From an uncultured Thiocystis sp. (GTDB lineage: Bacteria; Pseudomonadota; Gammaproteobacteria; Chromatiales; Chromatiaceae), in contig NZ_CAIPNF010000070.1 of assembly GCF_903866365.1 (NCBI RefSeq), positions 1 through 24,000 of the forward strand: a stretch of 24,000 nucleotides of DNA, in the 5' to 3' direction. Position 1 is the first letter of the stretch. The number at the start of each line of letters is the position of its first letter. This document shows positions 9,201 to 16,422 of this stretch, in pieces. Made by a program: the position numbers and the translations under genes. Below the pieces are notes generated by a model, which was given only the letters and a program-made list of their open reading frames with translations, did no database searches and was not told the origin of the DNA.

Positions 9201-10494
9201 GAATCTCTTCCGATGCCAGCGCGCGACAGATCGCCGCGACGATCTGTCCCCGCTTCTCGTCGTCACGCCACATGAGTTTGCTTTTTTCGGAAACGATCCG
9301 CGCAATCCTGGCTTGATCGTCGTCCGACAGCGGACGTTTTTCGAGACCAGACAGGGCATTGGACATCTGTTCACGATAGTCCGCATCCTGCCAGAGCTCC
9401 CGCATCCGCTCCGTAATCGCCGTGCGCGCATCGGGATGATTGGTGTAATAACGGCGCAATCCGATCGAGGTACGCCCGGCGTTCTGCGTTTTGAAGGATG
9501 CATCCTGATTCTGTGCGATGAAACGCTGCCTTCGCTCATCCACAACATCGGGATGTTCCGCGTAATACCGCTGCACTGACTGTCTCTGCGCACTCCGGAA
9601 ATCCGGGTCATTCCAAAGCTCTTTAATCTGCCCGGCATGCAGATGCAGGTGATCCAAAAAGGTCATTCGTTGAATATTGGACGGGCTATTGTCCCAACGG
9701 TTGAAATTTTTATGATGCCTGACAAAAGACCCTGACGAATCTGTCAGGCCACGTTCCGCATTAAATTCGTCGGCCAAATGATGAACGAACTGATATTGGC
9801 CGAGATTGGGCTGGAAGACACGCAGATAGTCATTCATGCCCTGCTTGACTGGCGCCGTGTCGAAAACCCCCGGCATCAGGCTGTCGTCGGGCGTCAGCGC
9901 CTGGGCTTCCTTATAGGTTCCGTCGCGCAGCATGAACCGATGGTCGGGTGTGCAGCGGATGGCGACACCATGATCGAGCGTCAGCTCCATGAGCGCGGTC
10001 TCGGGACGGGTCACGCGCGAATAACGACCCTCGGCGATGACGATCTTGCCGGTCTTGTCGACCGCATAGACATGGAACCTCTCGTCCGGTGGCAGCTTCG
10101 CCAGTTCCGCGAAAGTTTTTTCGGTGCCGTCGGCAAGTTTGATGGCGGTATCGCCAGTAAAACACCCGAAGTTACCTTGCCCATCCACCAGCAGATAACG
10201 CAGCGAAAAACGCTGGGCCATGCGGACCATGGTGTCGTAGATGGCCGAATCGCCATGCGGGTGATACTTACCCATGACATCGCCGACCACGCGGGCGGAC
10301 TTGCGATAGGCGCGGTTCCAGACATTGCCCTGCTCGCTCATGGAGAACAGAACCCGTCGATGCACGGGCTTGAGACCGTCGCGGACATCCGGCAGCGCCC
10401 GCCCCACGATCACGCTCATGGCGTAATCGAGATAGGACTTGCGCATCTCGTCCTCAAGATTGATGGGGATGACTTCTCTGGCGAAATCTGGCAT
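6280..10494 (-). CDS. gyrA: DNA gyrase subunit A, interrupted by an in-frame 519-aa intein (885-aa extein)
   Basis: N-terminus [54 protein letters not shown] is ..[20 protein letters not shown] (Ser83/Asp87 wild type). The active-site region is split as LVDGQGNFG|intein|[17 protein letters not shown]. Six GyrA C-terminal beta-pinwheel repeats and an acidic tail (..[12 protein letters not shown]) follow. Confidence 0.97.
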   Translation of the reverse strand: MPDFAREVIPINLEDEMRKSYLDYAMSVIVGRALPDVRDGLKPVHRRVLFSMSEQGNVWNRAYRKSARVVGDVMGKYHPHGDSAIYDTMVRMAQRFSLRYLLVDGQGNFGCFTGDTAIKLADGTEKTFAELAKLPPDERFHVYAVDKTGKIVIAEGRYSRVTRPETALMELTLDHGVAIRCTPDHRFMLRDGTYKEAQALTPDDSLMPGVFDTAPVKQGMNDYLRVFQPNLGQYQFVHHLADEFNAERGLTDSSGSFVRHHKNFNRWDNSPSNIQRMTFLDHLHLHAGQIKELWNDPDFRSAQRQSVQRYYAEHPDVVDERRQRFIAQNQDASFKTQNAGRTSIGLRRYYTNHPDARTAITERMRELWQDADYREQMSNALSGLEKRPLSDDDQARIARIVSEKSKLMWRDDEKRGQIVAAICRALASEEIRSKISHAAKRNWRNPEYRAKFSDDHFVRMAHLLWAKPESRVLHGEKIARQRESEEFREAQRQGVRAANARRLADHPDMMRDINGKAVESLRMNWRTAEYRQQVMRRKISGYVYNLIKAFPDQEMTPELYEDQRRQNWIPRMTKAVEYFGDFSALLEAGKNHNHRVVAMRMLDETADTYDITVDEHHNFLLAAGVFVHNSVDGDPPAAMRYTEVRMMRLADALLDDLDKETVDFIPNYDNTEHEPTVLPARFPNLLVNGSSGIAVGMATNIPPHNLREVIDACLAIIENPLITIEEIMEIVPGPDFPTAALINGVRGIREAYRTGRGRCVMRARTITEVQKRSGREAIVVTEIPYQVNKARLLERIAELVKEKKIDGIAQDGMRDESDKDGMRIVIELKRDAHAEVLLNNLYQHTQMQQVFGINMVALVDGQPLTLGLKQIMEYFLRHRREVVTRRTLFELRKARNRAHVLEGYAIALANIDEVIATIKASANPGEARERLMARAWSPGAVTGMMARAGADQTRPEDLEPEFGLTESGYRLSERQAKAILDLQLHRLTGLEQEKILKEFEEILDRIAELLLILSNPDRLMEVIREELVAIREQFGDARRTEIQVDHTDLTLEDLINPEDVVVTLSHQGYVKAQPISDYQAQRRGGKGKSATSFREEDFIDRIFVANSLDTVLCFSSRGRVYWLKVYELPHSGRGARGRPMVNLLPLEPGERINALLPIREYEEGLFVFMATSAGTVKKTPLKDFSRPLSRGIIAIDLREDEVLIGVAITDGNRDLMLFTSAGKAVRFSEDHVRVMGRTAHGVRGLRLQEGQRVISLLVPEPGTVLSVTENGYGKRTRVEDFPTKGRGTQGVIGISTSERNGAQVGAVLVRPGDEIMLITEGGTLIRTSVDQIPVVGRSAQGVKLINLSENERLVYVERIVALESDGENGETEDPLQHRAPEDDPIENGEPDPEDDGDSETDAED
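8608..10164 (-). mobile_element. Class-1 intein with an HNH homing-endonuclease domain, inserted in GyrA between Gly110 and Ser111
   Basis: Begins with Cys (TGT, 10164..10162) as [13 protein letters not shown] (block A). Block B is CTPDHRF (TxxH). The HNH core, FVHH...[29 protein letters not shown], is at about 9637-9792. Blocks F/G are [22 protein letters not shown], followed by +1 Ser (8605-8607). GC is about 50-55% versus about 63-65% in the flanking extein. Confidence 0.9.
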
Positions 10495-10524
10495 GGGCGT
10501 GATAAACCGGCTGTGATCTAACTG

Positions 10525-10548
10525 CGCGATCCTGAAGCATGGATCGCG
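10525..10548 (-). promoter_or_regulatory. 8-bp-stem hairpin in the presumed gyrA 5' leader
   Basis: cgcgatcc (10525-10532) pairs perfectly with ggatcgcg (10541-10548) across an 8-nt loop, 31 nt upstream of the gyrA ATG. Confidence 0.4.
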
Positions 10549-10573
10549 TTATGCTTAATCTCAAAAACAATCA

Positions 10574-10582
10574 ATTCTATCA
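10574..10582 (-). promoter_or_regulatory. Candidate extended -10 promoter element for gyrA (TGaTAGAAT)
   Basis: The minus strand reads ..gcaTGaTAGAATtgattg.. about 80 nt upstream of the gyrA ATG. The -35 is weak. This is a sequence-pattern call only. Confidence 0.25.
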
Positions 10583-10689
10583 TGCTGGCAGGTTCCTCGC
10601 TCCCACCCTGTTACCCGTCTTGCGCGAAAAGCCCCGTCGTTCAGGGCGGGGATGGATAGCGCCGGACGGCAGCGCCGGCCTCTCTTGGC

Positions 10690-11103
10690 TCAAGTGGGCG
10701 TCTGCTGCTGTTCGATGTACTGACGCACGATCGAAATCGGTGCGCCGCCGCAGGACGCGGCGAAGTAGGAGGGCGACCAAAGCACGCCTTTCCAGTAGCG
10801 CCGCTCGATGTCCTGCCGCTCCTGACGGAGCAACCGGCTGGACACGCCCTTGAGGCTATTCACCAGGGCGGACACCGCGACCTTGGGCGGGTACTCGACC
10901 AGCAGGTGAACATGATCGTCCTCGCCATCCATCTCGACCAAGGTGGCCTCGAAGTCGGCACAGACCTTGGCGAAGATCGCGCGCAGGCTGGCGATGGCCT
11001 CGCCGTCGAAGACCTTGCGGCGGTATTTGGTCACAAAGACCAAATGGACGTGCATCGCAAAAATGCAGTGCCTACCTCGCCGAATATCGTTGTCATTGTT
11101 CAT
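10690..11103 (-). CDS. tnpA: IS200/IS605-family Y1 (HUH) transposase TnpA
   Basis: 137 aa. Contains MHVHLVFVTKYRRKVF, the HUH motif DHVHLLVEYPP, ..WSPSYFAASCGGAPISIVRQYIEQQ (catalytic Tyr region). Confidence 0.95.
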   Translation of the reverse strand: MNNDNDIRRGRHCIFAMHVHLVFVTKYRRKVFDGEAIASLRAIFAKVCADFEATLVEMDGEDDHVHLLVEYPPKVAVSALVNSLKGVSSRLLRQERQDIERRYWKGVLWSPSYFAASCGGAPISIVRQYIEQQQTPT

Positions 11104-11124
11104 AGACCAAAGTATACTCTAGCG

Positions 11125-12363
11125 ATGCAACGTCTCCAAGCCTTCAAGTTTGAGTTGATGCCGAACGGCGAGCAAGCGCGCGACCTGCGCCGCTTCGCGG
11201 GATCGTGCCGCTTCGTCTTCAACCGGGCGCTGGCATTGCAGCAGGAGCGCCATGCGACCGGCGAGAAGAAACTCGGATATGCCGATCTTTGCAGTGCGCT
11301 GACCGAGTGGAAGGCCGACCCATCAACAGCCTGGCTCTGCGACACGCCCTCTCAAGCCTTGCAGCAGTCCCTTAAGGATCTGGACCGGGCCTACACCAAT
11401 TTCTTCGCCAAACGCGCCGACGCGCCCCGCTTCAAGAAGAAAGGCCAGTCGCGCGACAGCCTGCGCTATCCCCAGGGCGTCAAGCTCGACCAAGCCAACG
11501 GTCGCCTGTTCCTGCCCAAGCTCGGTTGGCTACGCTACCGCAACAGCCGCGAGGTGCTCGGGGCGGTAAAGAATGTCACCGTCAGCCAGTCAGTCGGCAA
11601 GTGGTTCGTCGCGATCCAGACCGAACGTGCGGTCGAAATCCCGGTGCATCAGGGGACGGCGGTCGGGGTCGATGTGGGCGTTGTCCGCTTCGCCACCTTG
11701 AGCGACGGGACGGTCTACGCCCCGTTCAACAGCTTCAAACGCCTCGAACAGGCGCTCGCCAAGGCCCAGCAGGCGATGAGCCGCAAGACCAAGTTCAGCA
11801 ACAACTGGAAGAAAGCGAAAGCCCAGGTCCAGCGCATCCATGCCAAAATCGCCAACGCCCGCCACGACTATCTGCATAAGACCTCGGCCACGATCAGCAA
11901 AAACCACGCGCTCGTGTTCGTCGAAGATTTGCAGGTCAAAAATATGTCCGCGTCGGCAGCCGGGACGATGGACGCGCCGGGCACCAATGTTCGAGCCAAG
12001 TCCGGCCTGAACAAGGCGATTCTCGATCAGGGATGGGGTGAGTTTCGCCGGCAACTGGACGACAAGACGGTGTGGACGGGCGGACACTTGATCGCGGTGC
12101 CGCCGCACTACACCAGCCAGACCTGCCCGTGCTGCGGGCATACCGCCAAGGAGAACCGGCAGACGCAAGCCCGGTTCGCGTGCGTCGCATGCGGCTTCGA
12201 GGAAAACGCCGATTTGGTCGGCGCGATCAATATTCTAAGGGCAGGACATGCCCGGTTAGCCTGTGAAGTGAGCCCCGCTGGGGGCCAGCAGCAGGAACCC
12301 GCCGAAGCGATTCGCTCAGGCTCGACGCCTCAGCGAGTCGCCGTAGGAATCCCCGTCCTTTAG
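11125..12363 (+). CDS. tnpB: TnpB (IS605 OrfB) RNA-guided RuvC-type endonuclease
   Basis: Starts MQRLQAFKFELMPNGEQARDLRRFAGSCRFVFNRAL. RuvC-I is AVGVDVGVVRFATLSDG, RuvC-II is ALVFVEDLQVKNM, the zinc finger is CPCCGH..(13)..CVACGF, and RuvC-III is ENADLVGAINIL, so the D/E/D triad is intact. The track start at 10906 is an antisense extension over tnpA. ATG 11125 is the first start outside tnpA. Confidence 0.93.
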   Translation: MQRLQAFKFELMPNGEQARDLRRFAGSCRFVFNRALALQQERHATGEKKLGYADLCSALTEWKADPSTAWLCDTPSQALQQSLKDLDRAYTNFFAKRADAPRFKKKGQSRDSLRYPQGVKLDQANGRLFLPKLGWLRYRNSREVLGAVKNVTVSQSVGKWFVAIQTERAVEIPVHQGTAVGVDVGVVRFATLSDGTVYAPFNSFKRLEQALAKAQQAMSRKTKFSNNWKKAKAQVQRIHAKIANARHDYLHKTSATISKNHALVFVEDLQVKNMSASAAGTMDAPGTNVRAKSGLNKAILDQGWGEFRRQLDDKTVWTGGHLIAVPPHYTSQTCPCCGHTAKENRQTQARFACVACGFEENADLVGAINILRAGHARLACEVSPAGGQQQEPAEAIRSGSTPQRVAVGIPVL

Positions 12364-12400
12364 GTCGGGGAGGACGTCAACTTGCGATTGCTAGCATGAG
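12230..12400 (+). ncRNA. Predicted TnpB omega-RNA (reRNA): scaffold over the tnpB 3' end and RE, with the guide read from flanking DNA
   Basis: Inferred from the known TnpB architecture. The conserved-looking 3' scaffold ..GUAGGAAUCCCCGUCCUUUAGGUCGGGGAGGACGUCAA ends at the RE boundary (12380). The guide would then be cttgcgattgctagcatgag (12381-12400). The 5' limit is a guess. Confidence 0.45.
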
Positions 12401-12598
12401 ACTGGTCGAATTCAACCAGCGTCATTATCCCCGGCGAGAACGTGGCAGTGGATGCGGGCGACTGGCGCTAGGAAGTATGCAGGTTCAGTGGATACCCTGA
12501 CCCTGATCAAGCGACGCTCTTCCCGGCTTGGGTTTCCGGATTAACCTTATGGTAATGTTTCGCCCGTTTCCATCTCCAGAGAAGAGTAGGGCGCGACG

Positions 12599-13561
12599 AT
12601 GCGATATTTCGGCTTGAAAGCGTTGACGGTGACAGGTGGACTGGTCGTGGCACCGCTGGTGTCCGCGTATGACCTGCCGGCCGTGAATCTTGGTTTCACC
12701 AGCTTTCTGGACGGCGCGCCGCCGGCGGGTCCAGGCTGGTATGCCCAGCAGTATGTCCAGTTCTACCGGAGCGGCCGACTCAAGGACTCGGACGGCGACG
12801 ACCTGCGTCTGCCGACCCTGCGCGGTCTGGAAAAGGCCGAGGTGGATGTCAATATCGGCATCACTCAACTGACGTTCCAGTCCGATCAGGCGCTGGCGTT
12901 CGGCGGCAAATGGGGGATGAACCTGATGCTGCCCTATGCCGCCTTCGATCTGGATCCCGAGGACAACTTCGCGCTCTCCGCCAACAGCGCCAATCTCGGC
13001 GATCTGCTGATCGGTCCTTTTCTCCAGTGGGATCCCATCATGGGGCCAAACGGGCCGAGGTTCGTGCAGCGGGTCGAGTTGCAGATGCTCCTGCCGACCG
13101 GCGCTTATGACGAAGACCATGCGCTGAATCCGGGCAGCAACTTCTTTTCGTTCAATCCTTACTGGGCCGCGACCGCCTTTCTGATGCCGAAATGGACGAT
13201 CTCCTGGCGTTTGCATTATCTGTGGAATGCCGAGAACGAGGATCCCTACCGACCGCTGGGCGCCGACGATGCGCAGGCTGGTCAGGCCGTCCATCTCAAC
13301 TTCGCGAGCGAATATGAGGTGATGCCGAATCGGCTACGGGTTGGAATCAACGGCTACTATCTCAAGCAGTTCACCGACAGCAAACTCGACGGCCATGACG
13401 TTGCGGATAGCAAGGAGCAGGTGTTCGGGATCGGCCCTGGAGTCGTCTACCACTTCTCGCAACACGACCATGTGTTTCTCAATGCCTATTGGGAGACCGG
13501 CGCGGAGAATCGTCCGGAGGGATCACGGATGAATCTGCGGTACGTGCATCACTTCCATTGA
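12599..13561 (+). CDS. Outer-membrane beta-barrel channel of the MetA-pathway phenol-degradation-like (Phenol_MetA_deg / 'transporter') family
   Basis: Signal peptide MRYFGLKALTVTGGLVVAPLVSA|YD. Alternating amphipathic strands and aromatic girdle residues are present, with ..NPYWAATAF..WRLHYLWN..VGINGYYLKQ..VFLNAYWE..NLRYVHHFH at the C-terminus. The family assignment is from memory of this sequence pattern. Confidence 0.7.
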   Translation: MRYFGLKALTVTGGLVVAPLVSAYDLPAVNLGFTSFLDGAPPAGPGWYAQQYVQFYRSGRLKDSDGDDLRLPTLRGLEKAEVDVNIGITQLTFQSDQALAFGGKWGMNLMLPYAAFDLDPEDNFALSANSANLGDLLIGPFLQWDPIMGPNGPRFVQRVELQMLLPTGAYDEDHALNPGSNFFSFNPYWAATAFLMPKWTISWRLHYLWNAENEDPYRPLGADDAQAGQAVHLNFASEYEVMPNRLRVGINGYYLKQFTDSKLDGHDVADSKEQVFGIGPGVVYHFSQHDHVFLNAYWETGAENRPEGSRMNLRYVHHFH

Positions 13562-13562
13562 G

Positions 13563-14657
13563 TCAAACGCCCTCATGGAGCAAGGGCACCCGGCGACCGA
13601 TGCCGGTAAAGAGCTGATAGGCGATGGTGTCGCTGGCCTGGGCGACCTCATTGGCTGGGATGGTCGCGCCCCAGAGTTCCACCGGAGCGCCGATGCGGGC
13701 ATCCGCCATCCCGGTCAGGTCGAGCGTGATCATGTCCATCGAGACGCGGCCGATGATCCGGGTACGTTGTCCATTGACCGCGACCGGGGTGCCGTCGCGC
13801 GCATGCCGTGGGTAGCCGTCCGCATAGCCGACGGCGGCCACGCCAATCCGGGTCGGCCGCTCGCAGACGAAACGCCCGCCATAACCGACCGGTTCGCCCG
13901 GCGCCAGATCCCGGACCGAGATCAGTGCGGATTCCAGCGTCATCGTGGGGCGGAGCGCCGTTGCCTGTGGATGCTCGCCCGGCAGTGGCGAGACGCCATA
14001 GAGCATGATGCCGGGCCGCGTCCATTCTCCATGCGATTGAGGCCAGGCCAGGATGGCGGCCGAGTTGGCAAGACTGCGGGGGATCCGGAGGCCACCAAGC
14101 GCCTGACCGAAGATCGCGATCTGCCGCTCGGTATAGGGATGCTCCGGCTCGTCGGCCCGCGCGAAATGGCTCATCGCGACCAGTTCGCCGAGATGGGGCG
14201 AGGCGGTTAGCGCGGCATGGGCGGCCGCGAAATCGTTCGGCGCCAGTCCGACCCGGTGCATGCCCGAATCCAGCTTGATCCAGCAATCCAGGCGGCGCGC
14301 CGGACGCGCGGCCAGGATCCACTCCAGTTGTTCGCGGCTATGGATCACTGCGGTCAGTCCGGCGCGGTCAACCAGCGCGATTTCGTGCGGCGCGAAGACG
14401 CCTTCGAGCAACAGGATCGGATGGCGGATGCCCGATTCGCGCAACTCCATCGCCTCGTCGATACAGGCCACCGCGAAACCGTCGGCCTCGTCCGCCAGCG
14501 CGCGCGCCACGGCAACCGCCCCATGACCGTAGCCGTTGGCCTTGACCACGGCGAGCGCGCGTGCTCTGGGCGCCAGACACTTGGCATGACGATAGTTGTG
14601 GAGTAGCGCATCGAGATGGATGCGCGCGCGGAGTGGGCGGGCTGGTGCGTTCATCAT
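13563..14657 (-). CDS. alr: Alanine racemase
   Basis: Contains ..ALAVVKANGYGHG (PLP lysine motif), ..IKLDSGMHRVG.. and ..GYADGYPR..GRVSMDMITLD.. Start taken at MMNAPARPLRARIHLDALLHNY (ATG 14657 or 14654); the track start at 14690 is less likely. Confidence 0.92.
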   Translation of the reverse strand: MMNAPARPLRARIHLDALLHNYRHAKCLAPRARALAVVKANGYGHGAVAVARALADEADGFAVACIDEAMELRESGIRHPILLLEGVFAPHEIALVDRAGLTAVIHSREQLEWILAARPARRLDCWIKLDSGMHRVGLAPNDFAAAHAALTASPHLGELVAMSHFARADEPEHPYTERQIAIFGQALGGLRIPRSLANSAAILAWPQSHGEWTRPGIMLYGVSPLPGEHPQATALRPTMTLESALISVRDLAPGEPVGYGGRFVCERPTRIGVAAVGYADGYPRHARDGTPVAVNGQRTRIIGRVSMDMITLDLTGMADARIGAPVELWGATIPANEVAQASDTIAYQLFTGIGRRVPLLHEGV

Positions 14658-14772
14658 GCGACTGTGCCATGAAGGAGCGGACGACGGCAATTCAAGAGAG
14701 AGGCGTGCGCGTCACTCGGTTGCAGACAGGGCTCCTGATTCGCCGCTCAAACCGGCTTTCCAGCTCGGACGT

Positions 14773-16422
14773 TCAGCCCGGATTTAACTCCGGCAGGGCC
14801 GCCCAGCGGACCTTGCCGCTTTCCCGCGGTCGTTTCCGGAACCCGCGTCCGATCTGACGCATGAACTCGCGCTTCCAGCGGGGGAAGTCGAGCGTCTGCT
14901 GGCCATAGAGCGCGGCGTTCAACTCCGCGATCAGGTGCGCGAGGGTCTCGCGATCCGCGCCAGGGCGCAGCGCGAGGATGCCTTGAGTCAACGCGGATGG
15001 CGTAAGTTCGCCCTGGAAAGACGGTCGGATTCGCGCCTCCCGCTCGAAGCGTTCGCGCCATTCGCCGGGGGTTGTGGCGCGATTCGCCTGGTGTAGACAG
15101 GCGCGGAAATGATGGCTCGGCGGCAGTCTGCGCGACCAGCTCACGCGCGCCCTGGCCAGGATGGGTTGGGGATTCAGTCGGGTCAGCGTGCGTTGGAATT
15201 GCGCCCAGACGCTCGACAGCGCGGTGCGCAGTCGGCGGCCTAGGGCGCTCTTCAACGCGAGTCCGGGTTGCCGGACACGTTCGCGATAATAGACCCCGCC
15301 CCAATAACCGCCGAGCAGCAGCAGAAGACCGGCGAGGGGCAGCCAGAAAACGCCCAGTCCCGGTCCGGACAGCGCGGATGCCGAGAGTCCCAGCGGACCG
15401 CCGCCGCGCACGTTCAGCGTCTTGATAGGCAGGCGGGCGACTTCGCGCACCTCCCGATCGACATTCCACCAGGCGATGCTCATCTCGGGCAGGTTGAGCC
15501 GGCCGCCGGTTTGCGGAACCAGGGTGTAATACTCGGTGCGCCGGGCGAATAGGTCGCGACCCTCCGGCGACAGGCCGCTCTCCGTCAGCGTCTGCTCGCG
15601 GTAGAGGCGGAAGCCCGGCCCGGTCAATTGGCCTTCGAGGCTTGGTAGCTGGGCCTCGGTCGCGCCAATCGCGGCGATTTCCAGCACCAGGGTGACGGGC
15701 TGGCCCGGCTCCAGCGTGCCTTCGCGGTCGATGCTGGATTTCAGGGTCAATGACTTCAACGGCAGCCAGGGTTGCACCGAATTCAGTGGAGGGCGCACGC
15801 GCAGAGCGATGGGGCGCGCGGTGGCGGACTCGAAGCGCTGCGCCATGCCTCCGCCGGCTTGGGTACCGGTGATTTTGATCGGCGGCAGGTCCAGAGTTCC
15901 CGAGCGCAAGGGGATGACGCTGAGCACGAAAGCGTTGACGATCTCTCTCTGACCGCCCGTGGTGCGGGCGCTGGTGGTGGGTTCGCCCACTTGTTTGATC
16001 AGAACATCGTTGCTGGCGGGCAACTCCAGGTTTGCCGTGCTGAGGTTGCCGCGGCTGATCAAATCCAGCCGCAAAATGACGGGCTGCTGCTGATAGGGCT
16101 GGGGCTCGTCGAGCGACCATTCGAGTCGCGGCGGCGCGGTTTGCGCGGCTGGCATGTAACCTTGTGGATAGCCCGGCGGCCAAGGGGGTTGATAGCCTGG
16201 CATCGGGTAGGGTCTCTGGCCTGGATTGGGCGCGAACTGGTCGCTCGGCGGAACGCCCTGGGCATTCGTGGGCGGGACGGGCCGGAATCCCCATTGGGTC
16301 GCCTGCGGAGGAGTCTGGCCGTATTGAGCTTGGGGTTGACCATAATAAGGTTGAGCCCAGACGCCACCAATGCAGAGCCAGAACAGGGCGGTCGCCAAGC
16401 GGGCGGCTTTCCAGATCACCAT
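14773..16422 (-). CDS. batD: BatD-like (oxygen-tolerance family) membrane protein with a Pro/Gln/Tyr-rich N-terminal region
   Basis: Last gene of the moxR/DUF58/VWA/VWA/TPR operon. Has signal peptide MVIWKAARLATALFWLCIGGVWAQ, BatD-type Ig-like repeats (..PLRSGTLDLPPIKITG.., ..GGRLNLPEMSIAWWN..) and a late TM helix (VFWLPLAGLLLLLGGYWGGVYY). ATG 16422 overlaps the batC stop as ATGGTGA. Confidence 0.75.
   Translation of the reverse strand: MVIWKAARLATALFWLCIGGVWAQPYYGQPQAQYGQTPPQATQWGFRPVPPTNAQGVPPSDQFAPNPGQRPYPMPGYQPPWPPGYPQGYMPAAQTAPPRLEWSLDEPQPYQQQPVILRLDLISRGNLSTANLELPASNDVLIKQVGEPTTSARTTGGQREIVNAFVLSVIPLRSGTLDLPPIKITGTQAGGGMAQRFESATARPIALRVRPPLNSVQPWLPLKSLTLKSSIDREGTLEPGQPVTLVLEIAAIGATEAQLPSLEGQLTGPGFRLYREQTLTESGLSPEGRDLFARRTEYYTLVPQTGGRLNLPEMSIAWWNVDREVREVARLPIKTLNVRGGGPLGLSASALSGPGLGVFWLPLAGLLLLLGGYWGGVYYRERVRQPGLALKSALGRRLRTALSSVWAQFQRTLTRLNPQPILARARVSWSRRLPPSHHFRACLHQANRATTPGEWRERFEREARIRPSFQGELTPSALTQGILALRPGADRETLAHLIAELNAALYGQQTLDFPRWKREFMRQIGRGFRKRPRESGKVRWAALPELNPG

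Larger units (their letters stand above)
10615..12380 (+). mobile_element. Complete IS200/IS605-family insertion sequence (IS605-type, divergent tnpA and tnpB), 1766 bp
   Basis: The LE hairpin ccccgtcgttcagggcgggg (10632-10651) and RE hairpin ccccgtcctttaggtcgggg (12351-12370) are near-identical imperfect palindromes. The 4 nt 5' of each hairpin foot are AAAG (10628-10631) and GAAT (12347-12350). TTAC sits at 10611-10614, 17 nt before the LE hairpin. TCAA sits at 12377-12380, ending exactly 10 nt after the RE hairpin. As I recall it, this is the IS608 geometry. Confidence 0.85.

Noticed and set aside
10200-10300. Checked the GyrA QRDR for fluoroquinolone-resistance substitutions.
   Set aside because: Positions equivalent to E. 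coli Ser83 and Asp87 are Ser and Asp ([10 protein letters not shown]), which is wild type and not noteworthy.
10539-10853. 104-aa plus-strand ORF across the gyrA upstream region, the IS left end and the tnpA 3' end.
   Set aside because: It crosses the IS boundary and the LE hairpin and is antisense to tnpA. No start context or motif is present.
10690-11103. Considered whether the IS-encoded TnpA is the RAYT responsible for the GTAG REPs at 6070 and 20255.
   Set aside because: The IS hairpins (CCCCGTC..) and guide tetranucleotides differ from the REP sequences. The protein also has the normal IS200 TnpA length and context, flanked by its own LE/RE. A cognate RAYT, if one exists, must be elsewhere in the genome.
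10906-11124. N-terminal extension of the tnpB ORF in the track (start at 10906).
   Set aside because: The extension runs antisense through the tnpA coding region. The conserved TnpB N-terminus (MQRLQAFKFEL..) begins at ATG 11125, just beyond the tnpA start.
13559-13565. The convergent OMP and alr genes end 1 nt apart, leaving no room for terminators.
   Set aside because: This is real but commonplace in compact genomes. No structure could be evaluated in a 1-nt gap.
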